A stretch of 64,000 nucleotides of DNA. Origin: Takakia lepidozioides (taxonomy: Eukaryota > Plantae > Bryophyta). How positions within the stretch are numbered: the first letter of the stretch is position 1; each line of letters opens with the position of its first letter. The position numbers and the translations under genes were made by a program. This document shows positions 35,941 to 47,400 of the stretch, in pieces. The DNA is taken from positions 26,102,001-26,166,000 of the forward strand of contig CM060733.1 in NCBI GenBank assembly GCA_030704615.1. Reading direction: 5' to 3'. The notes under the pieces were generated by a model. The model worked only from the letters and a program-made list of their open reading frames with translations, was not told where the DNA came from and made no database searches.

Positions 35941-36595
35941 TCATCTAGGAGCAATGTCGGCAGCTGTTAAACCGTTAATCAGATTCTCATCAATAAACAC
36001 AATAACAAGCCGACTTCCTGGAAGCATACCACAGGATCTGAGGGTGGGATTGCAGATTAAGTAAATGCATCTTTATACTACTATCAATGATCATGCGCAC
36101 CTGGAAAGTTCAAAATGTGAAACGAACGTGGGGTTGCTAACAAGGATGAACGTGTATGATATCCCAAAATTTGTCATCAAACTCTCGTTCATTTACATAT
36201 ATTTGTCTAAGACTGTGCGCCAAGATTTCTGGGATTCGCTGTTATTTTTAAATATTGAAACCGTTCTAATAAAGAACACGCTGTTTATTTTGGGCGATAC
36301 ACGTCAGACATCGATAACTATATTGAATACGAACAGCTGTACACTAATTGCTGGCATGTGCACTAATAAGGGAATGACTATGTGTAACGGTCATGCGAGA
36401 GGGAATCCGATGCTTCTAGAGACAAGCCACAACGCACGCAAACCCGCAAGAAATCGGGAGTCACTTCGTTTTCTACTTTTCACGCTTAGAGGGAGAGTGG
36501 TAGTCAAGCTGGAGAGGGTTCCTTCTACAATAAGAAAGAGAAGAAAGTTTCTTTATTTTACTTCCCTTAGAGAGAGACGCAGAGCAAGAGAGCAA

Positions 36596-39500
36596 ATGAC
36601 GAGGCGTCGTTTGTTGGAGAACACTGGGCCAAGGCAGCAGGTGAACGTGGAGACTGATTCACAAGAGCAGACCGAGACTGAGGCAGCGGCTATGACACAG
36701 TCGGCGATAATAGTGCGCGTTGGAAACCAGCCTGTGGATGCAGAGATGACTCGAAGGGAAACTGAAAGAGATGGAAGTACGGGGAACGCTGAACTGGGAG
36801 AAGGTCCAGAAACCCTAGAGCAAACAGAAATTCCAGCAGATGTGAGAGGGAAGAGGAAACTGCAGAAGGGGATCCATTTCAAAACCTAAGAAGGCGCCAG
36901 TAAGTTTTCTCTAACTTCCATTTCATTGTTGAAGATCTGCATAGAGATTGAGTGGAATGTCCCAGAAAGGGATTGTCGCTACCGACCATCACCATGAAAC
37001 AACGGTGATTTGCTTTCTACTCCTCTGTTAAGGGTTTTCCGCACAATGAGTGGGTGACTGACGGTACCGTCATTCACTGTTGTTCAGATCATACAGTCTG
37101 TCTGATTGCCTTTCAAGCAGTCCTTCCTCTTCCCTTCTTAAGCAGGAACATGTGATTGAAGTCTACTGAATTGCGAGCGTCGTAACGCCATTCGATTCTC
37201 CTCATAGATTTATGTACCTATGTGTTTGAAGAGAGAGTGAGGGTCGGCATATTCAGTCATATTGTTTTGCAATGCATTTTCTTTGTTTGAGGTTGAACAG
37301 ATAGAGAAGTGGAAAGGCGGTACCGTCAATCAAAGATTTGAAGACCATACTGTAGATTCAGGTAGAGTATCGATTGGAAAGTACTATCGACATAGACAAG
37401 AAACAGTAAATGCTTGCGATGTTCATCACAATGGAGTCAATCTGAATAATCTGCACTTACTGTCTGCCCTAAACTATACTAAGTGTCGTTGCCGCCAATC
37501 ACTTACACATATATGTCATTGCACAACACCGATCCGGCAGGTCCCACTCTTTTGTGATTGTCGTTAACGCCGTTCGCTCTTTCTCAAAACCTTCTGTTCC
37601 TGTGTCCCTAGAATCATAGTGTTTTGTTTTGAATTCGGCAGGATCAGCTTTGCTTGTGTAGATGGTTCTGAATTTGTTTCACACCATTCATTGTGAGTTG
37701 AGACGAGACAGAGTGATGGTCGTTACCGCCGTTCACTATTTGCACATTACTCAGTCAGATTTGAATGGCATCGTGCAGAAAACTGTGAGGTCCAATCCTA
37801 CAGGATTAGAGGGGAAAGGATCTGGAGATGGGGACGAGTCTGGAAAAAGTTCAGAGAATAACGATGAAGCAGATGAATCTGAAGTGCACTACCTTGACAA
37901 GGTGAAAGAACTCATGTCATTCCAGAAGGTAAACTCTCAGGAGGTTATAAGGGACATGCTCGTATCTGGAGGGCGTCTGGACATCCCTCTATGCCGGATG
38001 ATATCTATGTCTGTTGTGCGTCCACCTCTTTCTCATGACATAACAAATTGGGAGAGTGATTTCTTGCATGGATACAGACTTGGTGCAAAAGTTTTTTATG
38101 TGTCACTGACGGATACAAATGGGAAAAGCACATTAGTGTCTCCAGAGATCAGTGATACCTGGGATGAGTGCTGGAAAGATGCTAATGAGGAGTTCGAGCT
38201 GGGCCTCATGATGGGAAAGAACACCCAGCAATTATGCAACCACATGTTCTACGTCTAGGACGACAACCACCGATTGCTGGCATGGATGAGATACATTCAG
38301 AAACATCATGCGAAAGACAAAGACAAGCATGTTGTTGTGGAGGCAATGGTTTTGGATCCTGAAAACAACATCGCTAGGCTTCTTACAGCTATGCACGACG
38401 TGAACAAGTAAGTCATCCTAGAGACTTCATTCCCTCTGTAGTGTCTTGTTAATCCCAAAAAAACAGTGTTAATGAATGCAATGTTTCCAATGTTTTTGTA
38501 GATCGACAGAGAAATCGCATGTGACAACAAGCTTGGTTCTCACACTATTCCGAATTCAGAGGATTGATCTGATGAAGCTGGATGATTTTTGAACAGTACT
38601 CCACCCCAATATAATCAAGAAGTGCGAAACAGGAAGAGCTGCAGACACTTGGTATTCTTTGACTCGAGAGGCGTTTCTGGAGTACATATATGCGGTAAGC
38701 CCGAGTCTGTACTCAGTTTACTTTTCGAATACATGTTTGTAGTTCCTTCGGTGCTAATCACTATTTGAATCAATGCAGCAAGAACTGGTAGAGGCAGCTG
38801 AGAAGGGAAAATCCAAATATTACCGTACTACACCAGAGAAACTAAGGACATCAAAGGGTGTGGAAGCAGCAATAAAGAAGGAGTTTGAAATACGAAGAAC
38901 CAAATTGATGTCCGCCTTCGGAAAGCAGCTTAGAATAGTAGATCCTGGACTTGGTTCTGAGTACCTTCAGCAGATCAAATCTCACTATGACAAGCATGTG
39001 CATCCGGAGATGCAGCAGGAGAAATTGCACCGGCTTGCCATATCTATGGTCGACCCACAAACAAAAATAAGGTGACTGGAGATATGGAACTCAGATCAGA
39101 CAGTAAAGGACTTGAATCAGTTCCCAAAGAGCACCATACAGGCTGGCACAAAGGTGGAAGGAATCAGTGATTTGGTGTTTGATAACTGGCTCCACAAGGC
39201 TACATTTTGGAGTCAGGTGTGTATTCAAATAAGCCGTTTTCTTTTCTTCAATTATGTGATGAGTATCTTATTTGCAATACTGACAAATAAACAATTTGTA
39301 GCTCGAGAAACGCGCCGTCATTGTGCTGGATCAGACTTTGAAGGACTTGAACATTTCGATTGTTTCCCCTCCCCAAATGTCATTGGAGGCATACAGAAGG
39401 AAGTGGAGAGGTCTCACCTGGAGATACTGTTTTTTTCGAGAGTTCTCCAAAGATGGTAACAATTTACGTTCCAACGACTTTGACAGTCAGGTTGGAGGAG

Positions 39501-41825
39501 AGTGGGCCATGATGCGAGCACGTGAATGCAAACTCTCGCTTTGGAATGACACAGACATAGAAGTGAATGTCGTCAACGTCATTCACTTTGGATTTGTGAA
39601 TACACTGCTAATCAAGCCTAATGATTTCTCAAAAGAGGCAAAATCATTGGATGCAACGACGTTCAGAAACTTGAATAAGGAACCCTTCCTAAAAACTCAA
39701 TGGACATTCAAAACGTACATAACACTGAGGACCTCATAATAACACATTAGGGTGTATTTGCAGTATCATTGAATGGCGTTGACGACATTCACATCCAGAG
39801 CTGTCGCGTGGTCTTGAGAGCTCCTTGGAGTAGTTCTCAGAGCCATTTCATTCCTTGTTTTTTTCATTCTGTGCTACTTGCATCTTACTCACTTCGCGCT
39901 TTGGTGGGTTGGGATTTATCTCCTGTTTAACAAGTACACAAAATATGTGCTTATGGAAAGAAATCACCTGAGCGGTATTCCAACTATCTTGACATGTGGT
40001 TGGACCCAGCAAACGATCCAACCATGTATACTGTAGGGATATTGAAGGACTAGAGTCCTTCTCACTTCAAAGACTGTGGCTGGTACCTTGACTGCCCATC
40101 GGAGCACACGACCTTTCAAGAACAGCACATGAAATATTTGAACAATAATGTTGAGATGCTGGCGCCTCTGACTGACGAGCAGTACCAAAGAAACATAGCA
40201 ACATTGGCTGCCAAGGAGCCTGATGCTCAGGGAACGCCGCAAAAGGGAAAGAAGGCGGGCCGCAAACCAAAAGACAAGGCTCCTGATATCATAGCCATCT
40301 CACCAGCAAAGCCAAAGGACAAAGACAAGTCCAAAGAGAAGGAGAAGGAAAATGACAAGGGGAAGGAAAAAGAAAAGGAGATGGAGAAGGAAAATGAAAG
40401 TAAGCAGTACTTCACTGCTGGAAGATATACCCGTATAGTTCAGTGCGAGTTCGATGCCAAGCCACACCTTTCTCGTTCTGATTCGGCATGAGAGATTAAA
40501 ATTGTCAATGAGGGTTGGCTGGCGATGATGCAGAGTCCGAAGAGAGGATACACTGGGGTGCCTTCGCCTACCTGGGACAACATAATCTCATTCCTCAATC
40601 TGGTGAGAATTCCAGTTTCTTTTTTTTTTCTCTGAAAGTTTCATTGGCAGTATTTCAGTCTGGTTCTTTGAAAACATTCTTGCCATCGTTCTTAAAATAA
40701 ACATGTCTGTTGCAGGTGAGCACTGGTCCCACCTTCGTGTGCGGTGTGCAGAAAATATATGCGGCCGACATTGTCATTCTCGACATCCCGGATGGCCAAG
40801 CTGTGCCAGAAGTTCTTCCAAAGGGCAAGACGCCAGGCTGGAACAAATTCGAGGACAACTACTGGAGTTGGGTGTTCGGGTTCTGTAATAATTTCCTCTC
40901 TGATGCAGGGACACTTCTGCTTTTTCAGTCATGTGACAAAGATAGTCGTCGGGCATTGGCATCATACCTGAAGTCTTCAGGGTTTGAAGTTTTGCGCACA
41001 TGGAATTGTTTGAACAACCTCTACCTTGTGAAAGGGGGTTTCCCTGGTCAGCTGGTATGCCGTCTCCCTTCTGCTTGTGCTTTCATGATGAGTTTCAATG
41101 TTCTCTGCAGCTCCACTCTAGAAGAATCTGTCATGATCGACACCGATCATCACCGATTCGTTATAAAAATGATTGTTTTATGCCTGAGTTCTGAATAGCC
41201 GATGTACACACTTCCACTATAGATTGTGTTTACCACACTAACCTGCTATCTTTGGCAGACGAGGATGTTCGAGGCGATCTGCCTGTGGAGGATTCGCACC
41301 TCAAAGACACCATCCTCCATCCGCAGCTTTGAGATTTCTGACCAGGGTTGTTTCGTCAACCGAGCCGCATGTCAATGACATTTTGTACAACTTCATGCAG
41401 TCCAGTCAGACTCTAAAGAGACCAGATGGCACTCGCTGGAGAGGTGCAAAGGAAAAATCCCCAGCGTTCATGCAAATACTGCTGGAGTCATGCAGCCACC
41501 ACTCTGCACGGGTGGTCGATCTTTTCTGTGTCCACAGGTTCGTTCTCTCCCTTCCGAATTGATTTTCTTTCACTAGTTCCATCTGCTTAAATCCCCCCCA
41601 CCAAACTGTTCATGTCCTCCTGTCTGGTGCATGAGCAACTTATCATGCATGCAAGGCAGGCGGAAGAAACCTTTTTGGCACGGAGGGTGATTCTGACCTC
41701 TACAACACAGTGCTCCTCCCCTTTTGTCTGGCTCCACTTCAGGCACACAGACTGATCAGATTCAAATTCGAAATGATGACGATCCCGAAGATAAGCAGGT
41801 CGACAACGACTTTTCATGTGAGTAA
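36596..41825 (+). pseudogene. ParB-methyltransferase cargo gene, copy 2 (premature stops, indels)
   Basis: Same exon series as copy 1. TGG>TAG at ~38256 just before DDNHR; stops at ~39073 and ~40489. ADIVILDIPDG is retained in ORF 40710-41198. Confidence 0.9.
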
Positions 41826-43050
41826 GTGCTAAACCCACTTTGGGAGCCATACTCAATTTCACAATAACATCAAAGTTACAGTAATAACTTTTTCAGGCTG
41901 TCTTTCAGGAAAGGCAGCGGTGGATCTTCAGGAGATACAGTCATTTGTGGCGAGTCTGTTTTCGATAGTCCCCTTTCCAATTTTCTGCTTCTTGATTATG
42001 CCGAAGCAATGGCAGTTCACGTGGCCGAGTCCCTATCCCCTGACTTTTTACTGCCCGGCCGTAGGTGTAGCCAGCGTAGATCCGGAGTTCTTAAATACTT
42101 AGACTTAGATGCAGAGGAAACGGGGATACATTGTACTGACTCTGAGTCAGACTGAACTATGTTCTTTTAATATTCTGTTTCAACCTCTTTGGAAAACGTT
42201 GAATCCCCTTCCTCCACCGTAGTTGTTCCTTTGGAAAGAAAAATAATCAAAGAATCAACTACCATTTAAATTGCAATATGTATGAATCCATCTCACAAAC
42301 CTCCCTCACTCTTGTCATATCCATTGTGCTTTCATCTACAGTGTGTTCATGCGTGCTCCATTCATGAATGTTTTCCTTTGTTCAACATCCATTGTACATT
42401 CATCCTCTGTACTCTTTAATCCACCCCACAAACCTACCACACTCATGTCATATACGTTGTGCATTCGTCTAAAGTTTTAGTCATGCATCTTCCTGTCATG
42501 AATGTTTTCCATTGTTCAACATCCATTATACATTCATCCATTTGACTCTTATCCATCCCTCATTCATCCATCTACATTCATTTTTCATACTCATCCATCT
42601 GTTTATCATCCAACTATACATTCATCCATCCTTTATTCATCTGTTGCTTTCAGGTGGGAATGACCACTCCCTTTTATTATGTCGTCCAGCTTGTTTCCGC
42701 GGTAAAGGGTGCCAATCCGTGGGAATACACTCCACTTCTTCCTGGGCACGTGGTGACGCGGCCTTCAAGTGTGATGACGTGGAGTGAGCCCCGTGATGTG
42801 GCATTGGCGCAAGGTGACGTGGCGTGAGCGCAGTTGCGCTCACGTGCTCACGTGACCAGGCTCACGCCGAGGCATCCCTGGCACCCTATACCCGATCATA
42901 AGGAGTCCTCGCAATGCCTCTATCCCAAGTAAATTGGGACAGAGCCAACAAACAATCGGCTCCCCCACAAGAGGCTCTGTCCTTACTCTTTTCTTCCGTG
43001 ATGTTGGGGTTGTTGTTTTATACTTGTTCCACGGCTTCATGAATCATGCC

Positions 43051-43205
43051 CATCAACCCTCCATAGACTAGGCTTAATGGATAAGCCTAGTTCTCCCCTA
43101 GGCAACATGTCTCCATAATGCCTCTACCTATCCATTGCGGGTCCCTTAGCGGGTCCATCAACCCTCGATAGACTAGGCTTAATGGATAAGCCTAGTTCTC
43201 CACCT
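43051..43205. repeat. Duplicated unit containing the hairpin ACTAGGCTTA-ATGGA-TAAGCCTAGT; a related copy at ~32115-32135 lies on the other side of MULE copy 2
   Basis: CATCAACCCTC(C/G)ATAGACTAGGCTTAATGGATAAGCCTAGTTCTCC occurs twice; AGGCTTATCCATTCAGCCT is at ~32115. Confidence 0.75.
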
Positions 43206-44445
43206 AGGCAAGATGTAGCCAATAAAGAGGGTTAGGAGATATGGAGGGAACATTTATGGAGGGTAGATTGTATGCTTTTGAAGATGTATGATGAAGCATT
43301 GGGTTCTTGGAAGGAAGGTGGACAGTTGTTGCCCATTTCATAAAAGGTAGGTACATATTGGATAAACTTGTGCTGTGCTGATCCGCATGACATGACTTGA
43401 GGGATGTACTGTAAATAAGTGGCGTACCAGTTACTACTGATCCACGGGTGAGGACTGTAGTCCCCTTGCTTGTTACATGCGCTGTAAAGACTGTTGATGT
43501 AACGACGAACCAATGAGGTTTTATGCCGACTTGTATTATTATTATGTCATGCTCTCCGTATTGAAGTCTAAATTTTCTGCTCGAAATTACATCTCCAACG
43601 CAGTTGGCTGTATTCCATTGTGACGCGCGATACGCCTCTACACCGAATTTATATGACATCGAAAGAGAATACAGAGTGGACTGAGTATACTTCCTTGTTT
43701 CCTATAAAATTCATTATCTAAATCTTAAGTTGACAATTGGAAGGTCATAATCATGAAGGTTACTTGCACCGCACCCAGGGAAAGACAAGCAAAACCTAAT
43801 TGTCGGAAGGTCTCAGGCAATATTGATTTGTGTTGGTGCCTGTGATCGTCAAAGCAGAGTGGATTTTGCTCCACGGATTTTTAGTATGGCAAAGAAATGT
43901 GAGAGGCATGATTAAGCCAAGCATGCTTCATAAATCATAAATTACAAACGAGTACATCAAGGGGTCTGGTGAATCAGTCCTGGAAAATCCCCACAGGTTG
44001 GAAGAATACACGCACAAAGATTGAAGAGGTAGGCGGGCATACATTGGGACCCGCAGGAGACTGCCAAGCAATTTGTCTCACAGGAATAGCTCCCTCTCAC
44101 ATGCGCTTCATGGCGAGAGCCGGACGTGACTGAACCTGTTAGGTGCAAGCTATGGCAGCTCGTCCTAAATGCGATTACCGTGCGTTCTCACCACTGGCGC
44201 TGTCAAGCAAATTCTAACACTTCACTAGGTAATCCTCCTCCACCCACCCCTAAGTCCCGGAATCCCTCCCTTGCCTTCCTCCTCCCCTGTAGCTAGTAAC
44301 TACACCTTACGTGGAACTTACAGCCAGCACGAGTGGGGCGTCTGAATCAATGGTGCGCAAAAATTCATGTCCGCTGGTGAGGGTGCGTATTTCCCTTGGT
44401 TCTCTGGGACTTTGAGCATATGAGATGCTGTGTCATTTGTCTAAC

Positions 44446-47400
44446 TTAGAAAATACGAGGGATAATTTTGTACGGCACTCGTTTGCAGTAGGCGTCCCAA
44501 TACTTATGATACTTGAATTTGCATCGTTTGTCATCAATTCTGGAGCGATTCACCAGGAGAGCCGCCATGAAGGCTACATGGAAGTATGGCATCGCCTGCA
44601 CAACCCAACCTCCATAAGAAACTTCATAACACCCACCACGTAGGACCATGCTGACGATTCTGCAAGTCATGTACCGTCCAAATCGAGAAACAGCCATCTC
44701 ATCCTTACCGTCCTTTCCGAATACTAGAACAAACTAACCTCTAAAAACATCCAAAAGTCCGTGAAGTCCTCCCAACATAACGGAGTCACATTCCTGCAGT
44801 CCTAGGGGGAGATTCCTGCAGTATTATTTTCCTGAATTGTGGATCAAGGGAAGAAAGTGCATACGTGTCTGAAGAGAGCCGGCAGGGTCCAGAAGAGGGC
44901 GGCACCAATTTCAGGGGCATAGTGAAAGTGGCGGGCAATGCCCCACCTGTCATGGCCCAGATGCCGTTAGCAGCAACCCACCGGAGGATGATTCAGCAAA
45001 AACCATCGTCTATAGTTACGACTGAATGCAAGGTCTTGCCGACTTACTTACAGCTAACAAAAAGAGAATACGAAACATAACCGCCCAGTATGTTCAGCGA
45101 AAGGATCCACTTTATTCTAATCAAAGACGAAAGTAGAGAGATTACTCACCAGCCACCTGTGAGCACCAGACTTTGCTTGTGCTCTCCCCTCTCAGTGACA
45201 TAGTGGATTTGAATCTGAGTTCACACACCCATCCTCTCCAACATAACTTAGTGTGCCCAAATTCTGACTACGCTATATCTCATCATGGTGTTTGACCCGA
45301 CCCAAACTATCACATTCATTAAAAGAAAGATCACAACTCAACAGATCACAACTTCTAGAGAACCAGGGAAACTTCGTTCTGAAGTAACTTCAGACACATA
45401 CTTCAATGTGTAGAGCATAGGAGAGCAGTCTGGCAGACCTTGCTGGGAACCTTCCCCCAGATTCTGCATTTGCCGTGTTGTTGGCGGAATAGTTGTCGTT
45501 GCCTATCACAGTCATAAACGGCATAGATGCATGCCAACCCACTTGCAAACATTGCAAATGCCACCTGTGCCGCCGCAGCCTCGTCAGTTTGAAAGAAATG
45601 AAGTCCACAACACCCTCAAAAAACGTGTCTGGTTGCATAAGCGTCAAACGAATTAATTTCTGTTCTTGTAGAGTGATCAGACCTCTGCTAGCAGCCTGTT
45701 ATATAATAGCTTGAAGATCTCCTCTATCCATGTCAAAATGAATCTCTAATGGGTTAAAGAGTATACTCCTCGGCCGAGATGAATTGGATGGGACACCAGA
45801 TACAATGCTGGCGACGTGTAAATTGAAGGGATCCACACCATGCAACTCCAGATAACGAAGAACCCGGCTGCAAACCCCAATCATCCAAGGGAGTCTTAGT
45901 GTGTACAGACAATGCCTGTACATGCTGTTATTTGGGCATTGAACCAGAGCATGTAAGGCTCCCATTGTAACACATCACTATTTAAGGAGGTGTTAAGGAG
46001 GGAATGAATAAATGAATGCTCATTGGGCACACACCACGATCATGGGCAATATCCATAGAGCTCCAGAAGCCTGACTCCCACCAGAAGAACTTCGTGATAT
46101 ATATCATCATCAGCGCGGACGTCACCAACAGCGAATCTGAAATTTTTCCTTGTGTTTCATGCTGTCCACCATATGCTTCAGTGTTAGTATTTTTGAAGTC
46201 CTGGAGGAAAAGTGATGAGCGGTGGGGTAGATGGTCAAACAGACCTCACCGACAGAGCTGAAATGGCAAGTGCAGTGCAGTGCAATGCCAACTAGTTCTG
46301 CGGCAATCCAGTGACCCCAAATTGTATAGTTGATTTATTCCCACACCCCAGCCTCTTGTGAGACCCTCCAACCCTCAACTTTCTGGTAGCACATGACATT
46401 GAACATGTGGAAAATCTCTTTGATTAGCATCATTGAACCATCCTCGAATGGACATAACTTAGCTCAAACAGAATTAAATGGGTATAAACGAGAACCTACC
46501 TGTTTGATGGCGTAACTGATGACAATGATGGCCCAGGACATCATCCCAAAGCGACATGCTGTAAAGACCTTGATATCAAAATGCCTTGAAATCCTGGGGT
46601 GCAACTCCATTCCCTGCCCATCCCACACACATATTATGTCCTTCATGTTTCTGAAGTTTTGTCAATTTGCTTCCTGCTCACAGTTGGAAGTTGGATGGTA
46701 GCCTGCCTATGTTATTTCCTGGATTCCACTTGTCATTGAGATTAGAGGTCTACAATCCATGATAAAGCACAAGTTAGGACATATTATCAGCTTAAGAAAT
46801 TCCCTCATGAACCTAGACTAAGGGGTCTACTGCCTTTCAGAAAATCAGCAACAAGCGAGTATATAAGGAGAGAAGTGACAATTGATCTGTGTGCCTTACT
46901 AGTCCAGACAGCCGTAGTGCACTTACCCAGAAAAAGTCAGCAAGGATGTTGCCAGATGAGCCCCAATCTGAAGATGAAGGTGCCATATGACCCTGTCCAG
47001 ATAGGTACCAATCCACCACTGTCAGCTCATACAGCACTTCCCTCAACCACCAAGCAACCATCAAACTCACCAATTCAGAGTCAACTACAAAATTGGACTC
47101 ACTTTGAAGTAGAGAAAGATGCAGATGGCAAAGCTCCCCATGATTAGCACAGACAGAATCTCGCCTATTTGGTCATAAACAATGCCTGGATTGAACCACC
47201 GCTCCCTGTTACACACACCTCCCAATGTTTTTATGGTTAGCACATTGCAGCCAACCAAATTGCCCCACAAAGCAAGACCTTCACTGTGGGCACATGCTGT
47301 GGGAAACCCACCAACAATCATCTGTCCACTGCTTCAAGAGCAAGAACTACTTTGAGCTTGAGGATGCAGAGATAGAGAGCTTCAAAGCGTGTGTGTGAGA

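Larger units (their letters stand above)
32156..42880 (-). mobile_element. MULE copy 2 (10.7 kb, inverted, decayed)
   Basis: 9-bp TSD GCACCCTAT at 32147-32155 and 42881-42889. Termini CAACGACACAATGGCGTGAGC / GCTCACGCCGAGGCATCCCTG. Largely collinear with the reverse complement of copy 1. Confidence 0.95.

Noticed and set aside
36065-36595. Long N-terminal extension of the cargo ORF (also 9572-9811)
   Set aside because: The listed ORF starts differ between copies and the region reads like promoter/UTR; MTRRRLL was taken as the start, though this is unproven.
3239-42880. Segmental inverted duplication or assembly artefact explaining the two copies
   Set aside because: The copies have distinct 9-bp TSDs, unrelated flanks and independent indels.
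43204-43659. 151-aa minus-strand ORF
   Set aside because: No motif. The opposite strand has only a tiny LINE-like FIKGRYILD remnant.
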